Assembly (NCBI GenBank): GCA_963724295.1
Contig: CAVRUC010000008.1
Span: 192,001 to 256,000 of the forward strand
Direction of reading: 5' to 3'
Source: an uncultured Chloroflexia bacterium
Lineage (GTDB): Bacteria > Chloroflexota > Chloroflexia > Thermomicrobiales > UBA6265
Length of the DNA stretch: 64,000 bases
Shown here: positions 1-10,679 of the stretch, one piece after another
Position numbering within the stretch: the first letter of the stretch is position 1
How the letters are laid out: the number at the start of each line of letters is the position of its first letter
Notes under the pieces: model-generated
The model's database searches: none
The model's input: the letters and a program-made list of their open reading frames with translations, nothing else
Told to the model about the DNA's origin: nothing
Program-made: the position numbers and the translations under genes

Positions 1-461
1 CTGATGCTCCGGCAGGTGATCACGCCCGCGAGCTGACAGAACGCGGCCACCGTAATGCCGAGGCCATGGGCGCCTACATCCGCAATCGGACCGGCACTCC
101 CGACGCGATCATCACCTCGGGTGCGACGCGCGCCCGTCAGACGGCGGAGATCGTGGCGAGGGCCGTCGACTTCAGCGGTCCGTTGACCGTGGAGCCGCGC
201 ATCTATGCCGCCGGCCTGGATACGCTGCTGGCCGTGGTGCGCCGCATCCCGGATGAGGTTGGCTCCGCGCTGATCGTCGGCCACAACCCGGGGTTCGAGG
301 AGCTGGCCGAGGCCCTGGCGGGCAACCATGATGAGGAGATTCGCTTGCCGACCTCGGGACTCGCTCTGCTCGAGTTCGACGTCGAGCGCTGGGATGCGGT
401 GCGAGAGGGCGCCGGTCGCGTACGTGAGGTGGCCACGCCGCGCACGATCGATTCCGCATGA
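1..461 (+). CDS. sixA: SixA-like histidine phosphatase (5' end outside window)
   Basis: Frame is open from the window start (DHARELTERG). Contains TSGATRARQTA and the VGHNPG motif. Confidence 0.8.
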   Translation, partial: DAPAGDHARELTERGHRNAEAMGAYIRNRTGTPDAIITSGATRARQTAEIVARAVDFSGPLTVEPRIYAAGLDTLLAVVRRIPDEVGSALIVGHNPGFEELAEALAGNHDEEIRLPTSGLALLEFDVERWDAVREGAGRVREVATPRTIDSA

Positions 462-519
462 ACCGCGGCAGGCGCGCCTGAGACCGGATCGCCCCTATCC
501 GCGGAGTACGCTTCGCCGC

Positions 520-2319
520 GTGAGCGATGCGAGAAGAATCGAAGACTACGGACTCCTGGGCGATTTGCAGACGGCGGTGCTGGTGCATCGCACCGGTTCG
601 ATCGACTGGTGCTGTTTCCCCCGATTCGATTCGGGCGCCTGTTTCGCCGCCCTCCTGGGCGAGCCGGAGCACGGCCGCTGGCTTCTCGCTCCGGCGGCGG
701 AGACGCGCCGCATCGAACGCCGCTACCGGCCTCATACCCTGATCCTGGAGACGATCCACGAGACGGCGGACGGGAGCGTCCGCGTCATCGACTTCATGCC
801 GCCGCGGGGAAAGGCGCCCGATATCGTCCGCATCGTAGAAGGGATCTCGGGGCGGGTCCCCATGCGGTCCCAGCTGATCATCCGCTTCGACTACGGGCAT
901 ATCGTGCCCTGGGTGCGGCACATCGGCGATGCCCGCGTCGCGATCGCCGGTCCGGACGCGCTCTGCTTGCGCACCCCGGTCGACGTCCACGGTGAGGCGC
1001 TGACGACGGTCTCGGATTTTGTCGTCGCTCCCGGCGATCGGGTGCCATTCGTACTGACCTGGTTCCCTTCCCACGAGGCCGTGCCGGAGCCGGTCGACGC
1101 CGACGTGGCGCTGGCCGAAACCGAGTCGTTCTGGCGCGGCTGGGCGAACGCCGATCAGCACCATGGTTCCTACCATGAAGATATCCACCAGTCGTTGCTG
1201 GTCCTCAAGGCGCTCACGTACGCCCCAACCGGCGGCATCGTCGCCGCACCGACCACGTCACTGCCGGAGCGAATCGGCGGTGTCCGCAACTGGGACTACC
1301 GCTACTGCTGGCTCCGCGACGCCAGCTTGACCCTGCTGGCGATGCTCAGCGCCGGCTACCGGGACGAGGCATTGGCGTGGCGCGAGTGGTTGCTGCGCAC
1401 CGTCGCGGGCGAACCCGGCGATGTTCAGATCATGTACGGCGTGGCAGGCGAGCGTCGCATCGAGGAGCGGATCATCCCGTGGCTGCCGGGTTTCGCCGAT
1501 TCACAGCCGGTGCGGGTCGGTAATGCCGCCTCGCACCAGAGCCAGCTTGACATCTACGGCGAGGTGCTGGACGCGGCCTATCAGACGCTCGCACAGGGCA
1601 TCGAGGGCTCGGAGTTTGGGTGGTCGCTCGTCAAGCAACTCATGGCCTGGCTGGCGGACCACTGGCACGAGGAGGATGCCGGCATCTGGGAAGTCCGCGG
1701 GCCGTTACGGGACTTCACCCACTCGAAGGTGATGGCCTGGGTGGCCTTCGATCGCGCCGTCCGTATCCATGAAGAGTTCGGGCGTGACGGCCCGGTGGAT
1801 CAGTGGCGGGAGCTCCGCGACGAGATCAAGGACCAGGTGCTCAGGTGTGGCTGGAGCGAGCGCAAGCAGGCGTTTTCCCAGTCGTATGGATCGGACGAGC
1901 TCGACGCCAGCATCCTGCTCATGCCGATCGTCGGCTTTCTGCCGGCAGATGATCCACGGTTCGTCTCGACCGTCGAGGCGATCCGACGCGAGCTGAGTGT
2001 TGACGGACTTCTGCTTCGCTACCGAAGCCAGGACGAGCAACAGGTCGATGGGCTGCCGGCGGGTGAAGGGGTCTTCCTGGCCTGCTCGTTCTGGCTGGTC
2101 GAGGTCCTCGCATTGCAGGGCAAGCTGGACGAAGCCCAGGACCTATTCGATCGCCTGCTCGGCCTGCGCAACGATCTTGGACTCCTGAGCGAAGAATACG
2201 ATCCGCGGGCCGGAATGCAGCTCGGCAACTTTCCTCAGGCGTTCACGCATCTGGCACTCGTCGAGGCCGCGCTCACCCTCGCCAAGCACCGCTCGCCGCG
2301 AGGCGTCGCATCCGTGTGA
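520..2319 (+). CDS. Glycoside hydrolase family 15 (trehalase/glucoamylase-like)
   Basis: IEDYGLLGD, RNWDYRYCWLRDA, GLLSEEYD and GNFPQAFTH motifs. GTG start chosen at 520. Confidence 0.92.
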   Translation: MSDARRIEDYGLLGDLQTAVLVHRTGSIDWCCFPRFDSGACFAALLGEPEHGRWLLAPAAETRRIERRYRPHTLILETIHETADGSVRVIDFMPPRGKAPDIVRIVEGISGRVPMRSQLIIRFDYGHIVPWVRHIGDARVAIAGPDALCLRTPVDVHGEALTTVSDFVVAPGDRVPFVLTWFPSHEAVPEPVDADVALAETESFWRGWANADQHHGSYHEDIHQSLLVLKALTYAPTGGIVAAPTTSLPERIGGVRNWDYRYCWLRDASLTLLAMLSAGYRDEALAWREWLLRTVAGEPGDVQIMYGVAGERRIEERIIPWLPGFADSQPVRVGNAASHQSQLDIYGEVLDAAYQTLAQGIEGSEFGWSLVKQLMAWLADHWHEEDAGIWEVRGPLRDFTHSKVMAWVAFDRAVRIHEEFGRDGPVDQWRELRDEIKDQVLRCGWSERKQAFSQSYGSDELDASILLMPIVGFLPADDPRFVSTVEAIRRELSVDGLLLRYRSQDEQQVDGLPAGEGVFLACSFWLVEVLALQGKLDEAQDLFDRLLGLRNDLGLLSEEYDPRAGMQLGNFPQAFTHLALVEAALTLAKHRSPRGVASV

Positions 2320-2351
2320 CGAACGCCCTCATCTCTACCCCTCTCAAGACG

Positions 2352-2460
2352 CCCTCACCCCAAACCCCTCTCCCAGTGCGCTGGGCGAGGGGCTACGAGT
2401 GCTTGGCTAAGCCGTACTTCCTTCTCCCCGCTCCGAGGGGAGAAGGGCCGGGGATGAGGG
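2352..2460. repeat. Palindromic intergenic element (CCCTCACCCC...GGGGATGAGGG) with two internal hairpins
   Basis: Terminal inverted repeats enclose CCCCTCTCCCAG/CTGGGCGAGGGG and CCTTCTCCCC/GGGGAGAAGG stems. Confidence 0.65.
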
Positions 2461-2603
2461 GTTAGTGCCGGTGTTGAAAGGGAGTCGTCGGACCCACCTT
2501 TGATGTCGAGCCGACTTCCACCGGGTCCCGTTTTGCGAGACCCTGTATGGTCGGACGCAATCGGCATCTCTCGAAAACACTGGTTCAGAGAAAGGAGCGG
2601 CGT

Positions 2604-3137
2604 GTGGCCTTCACCGTCAAGAAGCGCGGCAAGCTGACCTACTACTCCCAAGGCGAGCGGCCGGTGCTCTCTTCACTGGTGACCGAGGAGCTCCCGGACG
2701 GCGACCTCAAGATCTCCTTCGCCGGTCTCACCGGTGGTTACTCAGCAAAGAACGTCCTGGGACGTGACGAGCTGGTGACGATGGACCCGGCGCGGGAGAT
2801 TCCGCTGGTCTTCGAATGCTGGGAGCTCTGGCTGCGGGAGGCGGGGATCTGCAACTCGCTGCGTGACGTCGATTTCATCGAGATCCACGCCTTCGGCTGC
2901 CAGCCCAAGAGCCCCAACCCACTGGTCGATCCCACCGGCTTCGCGCGGGAGCAGGAGCGGCTGCGTAAGGCCTACGCGGACGCCTACGCCGGCTACTTCG
3001 CGACCCATCTGCCCGACAACGGCGTCCCGTGTCGCTTCACCGTCCACGTCGTCGACGTTCCCGACACGGCCGCCTCGTACGAGTTCTACGGCACCGCCCT
3101 CCTGCAACGGTCGCTGCAAGGGCAAGACCGGGACTAA
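2604..3137 (+). CDS. Hypothetical protein, probable divergent RidA/YjgF-fold protein
   Basis: AAGGAG SD before GTG. The C-terminal AYAGYF...PCRFTVHVVDVP...YEFYGTA parallels the Rid consensus. Confidence 0.6.
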   Translation: MAFTVKKRGKLTYYSQGERPVLSSLVTEELPDGDLKISFAGLTGGYSAKNVLGRDELVTMDPAREIPLVFECWELWLREAGICNSLRDVDFIEIHAFGCQPKSPNPLVDPTGFAREQERLRKAYADAYAGYFATHLPDNGVPCRFTVHVVDVPDTAASYEFYGTALLQRSLQGQDRD

Positions 3138-3174
3138 GGCCCAGGAACAAGGGCGATTAAGGAGCATCCGGCCT

Positions 3175-3546
3175 CTAGAACCCCGGCGGCTCTGGCGGCT
3201 CGAGCTTGTCGCTCTCTTCCCCGGGCGGCGTCTCACCGACCCCCCATTCATGGTCGGGTCGCGGGGTGAAAGCCCCAAGACGCATCAGCGCCGCTTCCTG
3301 CTCGGCCAGAGTCTGATCACCCAGGATCACTTCCGCCAGATGCTGGGCCTGTCGGGAGTCGACTCGGCCGTCCGCGCCAAGCCCGAACTCGCCCGCCATC
3401 GCGCGCTGGACACGATCTATGGCGACTTCGAAGCCGCGAGCGATCTGCTCGGCCGAAAATCGCCCGTTTTCCCCCTGTGCTTCTCCGGCCGGGGCGTACT
3501 CGCCCGGGGCTTCCAGCCCAGCGTTGATCCGAGGCTCATCCATCAT
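3175..3546 (-). CDS. Hypothetical acidic protein
   Basis: Protein-like composition (MMDEPRINAG...) with a purine-rich SD upstream of ATG 3546. Confidence 0.6.
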   Translation of the reverse strand: MMDEPRINAGLEAPGEYAPAGEAQGENGRFSAEQIARGFEVAIDRVQRAMAGEFGLGADGRVDSRQAQHLAEVILGDQTLAEQEAALMRLGAFTPRPDHEWGVGETPPGEESDKLEPPEPPGF

Positions 3547-3775
3547 TCCCGTCTTTCCATTGCAGATGTCTCCGATTGACCTACTGGAACCGGAGCAGGG
3601 CGCGCCTTTATCGGGTACGTGCAGCTCCGGGCGCTCTCGGTCGGTGAAGCGAACCATCAATTGTGCTGGAGCCCAACGCACGACACATGCCGCCAGAAGA
3701 ATGGAACGTGGCGCTTCATGGCGGGCCGTTCTGGATATCCCCACCCCTGCCCCATCCGGAAGTGGCTCGCCTGGC

Positions 3776-4640
3776 TCATAGAATCCAGACCGCCACCAGC
3801 ATGCCGTAGTACGTCGGCGCCTCGTAACTGAGCAGCTCGCCATTCATCGGCGTTACGTCAAGCGCCCCGCCCAGCATAAGGGCTTGCCAGAGACCGTCGA
3901 TGGCGGCGGCTCGGGCTCGTCCTTCATCGAGATCGATGAGACGCAGCACGTGGTTGGCTTGCACCGCCGCCACGACCTCGGCATCGACCGCGGCCGATTC
4001 CGGATGGAAGCCGAACGGACCGGTGGCGGCATGCGCGTGCCCCCAGTCACAGGACGCAATGAACACCGATGCGGCGCGGCTCAGCCGCGCTCACCTCGGC
4101 GACCACGCGTCCGAAATCCACCAGTGTTTCTCGGGGCAGGCTGCGCGATGGGGTAACAATGACCGCCGGGGGGCCGATATCCGCCGCGGGCGGATCGGCG
4201 AGCACATCCCCGTGACCGCGCATGTTCTGACCGTGCCCGAGAAACCAGAGCGGGGTGAGGATGCCCCAATCGAGCGGCAGCACGCTCTGGTCCCGCCGGT
4301 TTCCCCCGTATCCCGCTAAAGCAATCGGGATTCCCCGCTCCCTGGCCGTTGCCACGATAGCGTCGGTCAACGGCCCGTCGACCGGAACATTCAGCTCGAC
4401 GTGCCGCCCCTGCCATGCCAGGGTGCCCGCTGCTCGCGCCGTATCGGCGAGGCAGATGGCGCCGTCGACGCGCACGCCATGCGGCCCGGCGATCACCAAC
4501 GCCTCGACGCCGGCGGCCACGGCGCGCCGTCCCAGTTCCTCCATCGCGGCACGCGTCGCCAGTGCCCCGCCGGCGTCGTCGCTGAGATCCGGGATCAGCG
4601 GGAAGCCGTGCGGCGCGATGGCGGCGAAGACAAGTGGCAT
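3776..4640 (-). CDS. Extradiol ring-cleavage dioxygenase class III subunit B (LigB-like); frameshift ~4065
   Basis: APHG, GPHG and LDWG in one frame. FIASCDWGHAH and YEAPTYYGM continue in another frame. Confidence 0.8.
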
Positions 4641-4688
4641 GGTCGGGAGCCTCCCCAGGCTGCACGATCCGTCGAGCGTCGTCTACGC

Positions 4689-5869
4689 CTATTCTGCTGC
4701 GATCGCGCTACTGTGATGGGTCCGAATATCTTGCCAGGAGACCGCTGCGATAACGAGCAGCGCCACGATCGAGAGCGCCAGGGGCGCCCACTCTCTCCCG
4801 ATCACCGCAACGATGCCAAGGGTCGCGATCGCCGCCAGGCGAGACATTGACCAGCCGCCGAAGACCGCGTGTTTGAACAGCAGGTGCCCCGCCAGGAACA
4901 GCGCCGGACCTCCCAGCACCGTGGCCACGATATCCGGGGCGACATGCCCGAACGGGTGCGCGAGAACCAGTTCGTCGCCGGCGGCGGTGACGATGATCCC
5001 GGCCACCATCAGAATGTGAAGGTAGGTGTAGGCAAACAGGCCCAACCGTCCGGGATCGCTCGAAGACTCGAAGGCGCGCTCCGCGGCATCGAAGCTGAGA
5101 TCGAAATAGACCCACCAGAGCGCGACACTGACGAGGAAGGCGACGACGAATGCCGCCAGCGTCGCTGGACTGATGTCGAGCTGGCCAAACGTCCCGCCGG
5201 TAACCAGGATCGACTCGCCGAGCGCGATGATGATAAAGAGCTCGCAACGCTCGGCCATGTGGGCGCCGCTGATATTCCAGTCGCGGGTCGTGGAACGACC
5301 CAGTCCGGGGGTGAAGAATCCAAGGGCAGGACCGGACGAGTCCACCGCCACGGCGGCGACCCAGAAGATAGGGCGCAGCGGTCCGACCGCGAGACCACCC
5401 GCGAGCCAGAGCAGTCCGGATGCCGCCCGCCACGCCAGAATTCGCTGAAAGTTGCGGTGGAGCCCCGGCTGTCCCGCGTCGCCACAACCGCGAACACGAA
5501 GCGCCCGAGCTGCAGCGCCACAAATGGGATCGCAAAGAGGAGCCCGCGATCGCCGAACGCCTCGGGCAAGGCGACCGCCATGATCAACGTTGCCACCATG
5601 ACGCCAATCAGCACGAAGCGCACCGGTCGCCGGTCCGGATTGAACCAGTTGGTGAACCAGGCCGTGTCGATCCAGGCCAACCACAATGCCAGGAGCAACA
5701 ACGCGGTCTGGAACGCCCCGCCAGCGTCCAGGTTCGTGAGGAGAAGGTGGGAGAGCTGGGTGATCGCAAACACGAAGACGAGGTCGAAAAAGAGCTCCAT
5801 GGAGGAGACCCGATGGTCGCGCTCGCCGTCGCCGCGCAGCAGTCCCCGGGCGTGCAGCCGCTCGATCAT
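4689..5869 (-). CDS. ltrA: Low temperature requirement protein A; frameshift ~5465
   Basis: ELFFDLVFVFAITQLSH in frame 1. HMAERCELFIIIALGES and LWWVYFD in frame 2. Confidence 0.88.
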
Positions 5870-6013
5870 GGGTTCCTCACCATTGCCCGACGGGTGGTTG
5901 GGTCGATCAGATCCCCATCGACCGCAACCCAATCATCTAGCCTCGAATCCGGCACACCGTCGCCAGTGGGCTATGATCGCCGACCGGAGAAACGCGCGTT
6001 AGGGAGGCAATCA

Positions 6014-7714
6014 ATGACCCTCGGGTTCCCGGGATCGCTTGACACAACGAAGGCGGCAAGCTGCGACAGGCGGCGAATCAGCCCCGTCATGGCGCGAGAC
6101 GGCATCATCGGCGCGCAGCATCCCCTCGTCTCGTCGACCGGATTGCGTGTGCTGGCGACGGGCGGCAATGCGGTCGACGCGGCGGTCGCGGCCGCGCTGG
6201 TCGCCACGGTCGTCATGCCTGGTCGCTGTGGCATTGGGGGCGATCTCTTCGCCATCGTCGCCCGCGCCAATCCTTCTGGCGCCGCCGAGAACGGAGATCT
6301 GCTGGCCTTCCATGGCAGCGGGATCGCCCCCCGGGGCGCCTCGCTCGAGTTCATGCGTGAACATGGCCAGGAGTCAGCAAGTGGCCGCCGCGTGATGCCA
6401 CAAGATGGACCGCTCTCGCCATCAGTTCCCGGGTTCGTCGATGGCTGCTTCGAGCTGCTCGAGCGGTTCGGGACGCGACCGTTTGCGGAGTTAGTCGCCT
6501 CCGCGATCGGCTATGCCGAAGAGGGAGTCGTCGTTTCGCCGGCCGAGCACCTCGCCATCGTGAACCACGCCGAGCGCCTCGGACGCTACCCGGCTAGCGC
6601 CGCGGTCTTCCTCCCAGGCGGGGCGCCGCCGCGACCTGGCGACATCCTGCGTCAGCCGGACCTCGCCCGCTCCCTGGCGCTCATTGCTCGCGGCGGTCCG
6701 GACGCATTCTATCGAGGCGAGATCGCGCGGGCCATCGCCTCATTCCTGGCGGCGAACGGCGGCGCGTTGACCGCCGACGATTTCGCGGACCACACGACCG
6801 AGGTCTCCCCTCCTCTCGCTTCAACCTACCGCGGGTACACCGTCTATGAGACCGGGCTGCCGACGCCCGGATTCGTTGTCCTCGAAGCGCTCAATATCTG
6901 CGAGCAGGCGCCGATTGGGGATATGGGTCTGCGGTCTGCGGGTGCCGTTCACACCGAAGTCTCGGCACTCCGTCTCGCCTTCGCCGACCGCCTTGCCTTC
7001 GCCGGGGATCCAGATTATGTCGACACGCCGGTGGCCAAGCTGATTTCGAAGGAGTGGGCTGCTGAGCGCTACGCCACGATCGACTCTCGATTCGCTTCGA
7101 CGATTGATGCCGGGATGATCGCCGTCGGCGACACCACCTCGCTTAGCGTCATCGACGCGGACGGCCTGATGATCTCGCTGATCTTCACCCTCTCCGAGAT
7201 CTACGGATCAGCGGTAGTCGCCGGTGACACGGGCATCCTGCTCACCAACCGCGCCGGCAACTGCTTCGAGCTGGAGGAGGGCCACCCGAACATCTACGCG
7301 CCTGGCAAGCGGACGATGCACACCCTCAACTGCTATCTGATTGCAGACCAGGACGGGTCACCGGTCCTCGTGGGGAACACACCGGGTGGAGACTTCCAAC
7401 CACAGTGGAATTTGCAGACCATCACGGGACTCATCGATGGCGGTCTTGACGTGCAGGCGGCGATCGAGCAGCCGCGCTGGCATCTCTATCCCGCCACGTA
7501 TCCGGAAAAACTTGGCGACCCCTTCTTGCTCTCGGTCGAGGACCGTCTCGGCGAGGAGACGATTGCTGAATTGGAGAGCATGGGCTACCCGATCAAACGC
7601 GTCGGAGAATGGGGCGCGGGCGGCTCGGTGCAGGTGATCGCTCGCGATCCCGAAACGGGCATCCTGGCCGGTGGCTCCGACCCTCGCGCGGAAGGCATGG
7701 CGATCGGCCTTTGA
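6014..7714 (+). CDS. ggt: Gamma-glutamyltransferase family protein
   Basis: GGNAVDAAVA, GIGGDLF, catalytic GDTT, PGKRTMHTL and GGSDPRAEG motifs. GGAGG SD. Confidence 0.92.
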   Translation: MTLGFPGSLDTTKAASCDRRRISPVMARDGIIGAQHPLVSSTGLRVLATGGNAVDAAVAAALVATVVMPGRCGIGGDLFAIVARANPSGAAENGDLLAFHGSGIAPRGASLEFMREHGQESASGRRVMPQDGPLSPSVPGFVDGCFELLERFGTRPFAELVASAIGYAEEGVVVSPAEHLAIVNHAERLGRYPASAAVFLPGGAPPRPGDILRQPDLARSLALIARGGPDAFYRGEIARAIASFLAANGGALTADDFADHTTEVSPPLASTYRGYTVYETGLPTPGFVVLEALNICEQAPIGDMGLRSAGAVHTEVSALRLAFADRLAFAGDPDYVDTPVAKLISKEWAAERYATIDSRFASTIDAGMIAVGDTTSLSVIDADGLMISLIFTLSEIYGSAVVAGDTGILLTNRAGNCFELEEGHPNIYAPGKRTMHTLNCYLIADQDGSPVLVGNTPGGDFQPQWNLQTITGLIDGGLDVQAAIEQPRWHLYPATYPEKLGDPFLLSVEDRLGEETIAELESMGYPIKRVGEWGAGGSVQVIARDPETGILAGGSDPRAEGMAIGL

Positions 7715-7737
7715 CAAGGTCGACGGAGTGATAGGAT
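7711..7737 (+). promoter_or_regulatory. Putative sigma70-type promoter for the peptide ABC operon
   Basis: TTGACA at 7711 and extended -10 TGaTAGGAT at 7729-7737. The spacing is short (15 nt). Confidence 0.4.
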
Positions 7738-7935
7738 GAAGACCTCGTTATTCGCGCACCATGGAAAGGAGGCGCCGACGGTTACGTCCGAGTGATTCTC
7801 TCATTGGAGACCTTCGGCTACGTGACCGACAGATCGAACCAGACATCGGGCAACCACGGCACGCAACCCGCCGTCGCGGCCGGTCGCTTTCAACATCGAT
7901 CGGGCCGGGGCGAGCGCACCCAGGAGGAATTACCG

Positions 7936-9573
7936 ATGGCACGGATCGACTGGAGCGTTTTGAGCGGACCGCGCGTCTCGCGCCGGACCATGCTTTCACT
8001 GGCGGCCGCGTCGGGGGCGGCGGGGTATGCCAGCCGGCTGGCGGCGGTCGACGCCGCGCCGATCCCGGCGACGTGGACGAATCGCCCGGCCATGGCCCAG
8101 GGAGAGCCGAAACCCGGTGGCACGCTCAACCTCGGCTTTGGCATCAGCCAGATCCCCAACCTCGACCCGGCCAAGGTCAACCTCGGACTCGTCGCCGGCG
8201 GGATGCTGCCGCTCATCTTTTCCAGCCTGCTCCAGTTCGACAGCGAGCTCGGGCTGGTTGCTGACCTCGCCGAGGATTGGACGGTCAGCGAGGACGGGCT
8301 CAATTACAGCTTCACCCTGCGCGATGGTCTCACGTTCCACAACGGCGATCCGCTCAAAGCCGAGGACATCATCTTCACCTATGAGCGGACCATCGATCCT
8401 GACTTCGCCTCGCCGCACGCGAACAAGCTGGCGCTGGTAGAGGCGGTCGACGCGCCTGACGATCTGACCGTCAATTTCACCCTGAGCGCTCCGTTCGCGC
8501 CGTTCCTGTCCGTCGCCTTCACCCGCGGTCCGGGTCGCGCCATGACACCGATCTCACGGCGCGCCTTCGAAGAGATGGGTGAGGACCAGTTTGACCAGAC
8601 GCCGGTCGGCGCCGGTCCGTTTGCCCTCAACGCCGAGACAGCCGATCTCAGCAGCGGGTTCGAGTTGGTCGCTTTCGACGGCTGGTATGGCGGCCGGCCG
8701 CTCCTGGACAGCATCGAGGTCACCTTGATCGCCGAGCCGTCGAGCCGGATCAGCGCGCTCGAGGCCGGCGACGTCGACATGCTCGATATTGTGCCGGCGA
8801 TCGGCACGGCCCAGGTATCCGAGAATCCGGACATCACTCTCGTCCAACTCCCCGGAACGAGCTGGGAGGGGTTGGCGATGAATTGGGCTCGCCCGCCGTG
8901 GGACAACCCGGAGGCGCGGATGGCCGTGGCCAAGGCGATCAACCGGGACGATCTCATTGAGACAGCGATGTTTGGTCTGGCGACGCCATCCATCGGCGCG
9001 ATCGCGCCCGCCTTTGCCTGGGCATACGTTTCGCCAGAGGGGGCCGAAAATCCGCAGGCATTCAATCTCGAGGAGGCCACAGCGCTCGCCGAAACTGCCG
9101 GCATCGCCGGCGCCGCGCCAACCCTGATGGTCTTTGAAGATGATCAGCGTCCGGCTGAAGTTCTGCGCAACCAGCTCGCCGATATCGGGCTCGACGTCCA
9201 GATCGAGCAGCTGCAACAGGCCGCCTGGAACGAGCGGTGGCTCGCCGGCGACTATGACTGGATCATTAACGGCAGTGTCGCCGATGCCGACCCGGACGAC
9301 GGCCACTGGAACTTCTTCGCGACCGAAGGTCCCTGGAACTCGTATGGCTATGAAAATCCGGAAGTCAACGAGCTCCTGATCGCCACGCGCGAAACCAGCG
9401 ATCAGGAGGAGCGCGCGGCGCTCTTCCTGGAAGTGCAGGCGCTCCTGCAACAGGACGTGCCGCACGCGTTCCTCTATCACACACTCGATATCACCGGGTT
9501 TCACAACGACGTCCAGGGCTACGTTCCGATCCCCGAGCTGCGCCACTTGGAGACGGTCTGGCTGGATAGATAG
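7936..9573 (+). CDS. Peptide/nickel ABC transporter substrate-binding protein (Tat signal)
   Basis: SRRTML Tat motif. Family 5 signature LAEDWTVSEDGLNYSFTLRDGLTFHNG. AGGAGG SD. Confidence 0.93.
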   Translation: MARIDWSVLSGPRVSRRTMLSLAAASGAAGYASRLAAVDAAPIPATWTNRPAMAQGEPKPGGTLNLGFGISQIPNLDPAKVNLGLVAGGMLPLIFSSLLQFDSELGLVADLAEDWTVSEDGLNYSFTLRDGLTFHNGDPLKAEDIIFTYERTIDPDFASPHANKLALVEAVDAPDDLTVNFTLSAPFAPFLSVAFTRGPGRAMTPISRRAFEEMGEDQFDQTPVGAGPFALNAETADLSSGFELVAFDGWYGGRPLLDSIEVTLIAEPSSRISALEAGDVDMLDIVPAIGTAQVSENPDITLVQLPGTSWEGLAMNWARPPWDNPEARMAVAKAINRDDLIETAMFGLATPSIGAIAPAFAWAYVSPEGAENPQAFNLEEATALAETAGIAGAAPTLMVFEDDQRPAEVLRNQLADIGLDVQIEQLQQAAWNERWLAGDYDWIINGSVADADPDDGHWNFFATEGPWNSYGYENPEVNELLIATRETSDQEERAALFLEVQALLQQDVPHAFLYHTLDITGFHNDVQGYVPIPELRHLETVWLDR

Positions 9574-9577
9574 AAAT

Positions 9578-9711
9578 GTCGGTAAGTCGGTGAGTCGGTG
9601 AGTCGGTGAGTAGAAGGTGAGGGTGTAGGGGCGACAACGCGATGCGATCACGATGACCGCTCACTTGTAACTCGCCACTAACCGACTTACCGACTCACCG
9701 ACTTGCCGACT
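9578..9711. repeat. Inverted pair of AGTCGGT(A/G) octamer arrays forming a large hairpin
   Basis: GTCGGTAAGTCGGTGAGTCGGTGAGTCGGTGAG at 9578 and complementary ACCGACTTACCGACTCACCGACTTGCCGAC at 9681. Confidence 0.85.
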
Positions 9712-9731
9712 TCTTTCCGGCGGAGCAAGCC

Positions 9732-10679
9732 GTGACCCAGTACATCCTGCGGCGGCTGATCCAATCCGCGTTCATCATCTGGGGCTGCGCCACGCTCGTC
9801 TTCTTCATGCTGCGGCTGATCCCCGGCGACCCGGTCGTACAGATGCTGGGACCGGAGTACACGCCGGAGGCCGCCGCGGCGCTACGCCTGAAACTCGGGC
9901 TCAACGAGCCGCTGCACATGCAGTACCTGCTCTGGTTTGGCCGCATGCTAACCGGCGATCTCGGTGGCTCGATCGCCACTGGCGAAACCGTGTCCGAGAT
10001 CATCCTGACCGGGCTGCCGAAGACGTTGAGCCTTGCCGGGTTGTCCTTCCTGATCGCGGTTACTATCGCGGTGCCGGCCGGGATCATCGCCGCGCTGCGG
10101 CGAAACACGGCATTCGATTTTGCCGCCAGCATCGTGGCGTTCGTCGGCGTCAGCATGCCGAGCTTCTGGTTTGGCATCCTGCTCATCCTCATCTTCGCGG
10201 TGCAGCTGCGCTGGCTGCCGGCGATCGGCTACGCCGAGTTGACGGAGGATGGCTTCGTCGCGTGGCTGGAGCGGCTGATCCTGCCGAGTCTGGCCATTGG
10301 CGCCGGCTACTCCGCGATCCTGATGCGCTTCGTCCGCGCCGGACTGCTCGAGGTGCTCGGCAGCGATTACGTGCGGACGGCCCGCGCCAAAGGCGTGCGC
10401 GAGCGCGCCGTGGTTCTTCGCCATGCCCTGCGCAATGCGCTGATCCCGGTGGTGACGGTCATCGGCATTCAGCTGGCGCTGTTGCTGAGCGGCACCGTGG
10501 TCGTCGAGACCGTCTTCTCGATCCGCGGCATCGGTCGCATCCTCGTCGGCGCCATCTTCGACCGTGACTACCCGATCGTGCAGGGCGTCATTCTTGTCAT
10601 CGCCGTCATCTTCGTCCTGGCCAATTTAATCGTCGACATCGTCTACACTTTCATCGACCCCAGGATTCGTTATGGCTAG
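9732..10679 (+). CDS. Peptide ABC transporter permease (DppB-like)
   Basis: LIPGDP, DYVRTARAKG EAA loop and RDYPIVQG. Confidence 0.93.
   Translation: MTQYILRRLIQSAFIIWGCATLVFFMLRLIPGDPVVQMLGPEYTPEAAAALRLKLGLNEPLHMQYLLWFGRMLTGDLGGSIATGETVSEIILTGLPKTLSLAGLSFLIAVTIAVPAGIIAALRRNTAFDFAASIVAFVGVSMPSFWFGILLILIFAVQLRWLPAIGYAELTEDGFVAWLERLILPSLAIGAGYSAILMRFVRAGLLEVLGSDYVRTARAKGVRERAVVLRHALRNALIPVVTVIGIQLALLLSGTVVVETVFSIRGIGRILVGAIFDRDYPIVQGVILVIAVIFVLANLIVDIVYTFIDPRIRYG

Noticed and set aside
5420..6013. ~200-aa N-terminal extension of GGT in the ORF track
   Set aside because: It overlaps ltrA on the other strand. The SD-supported ATG at 6014 gives a normal-length GGT.
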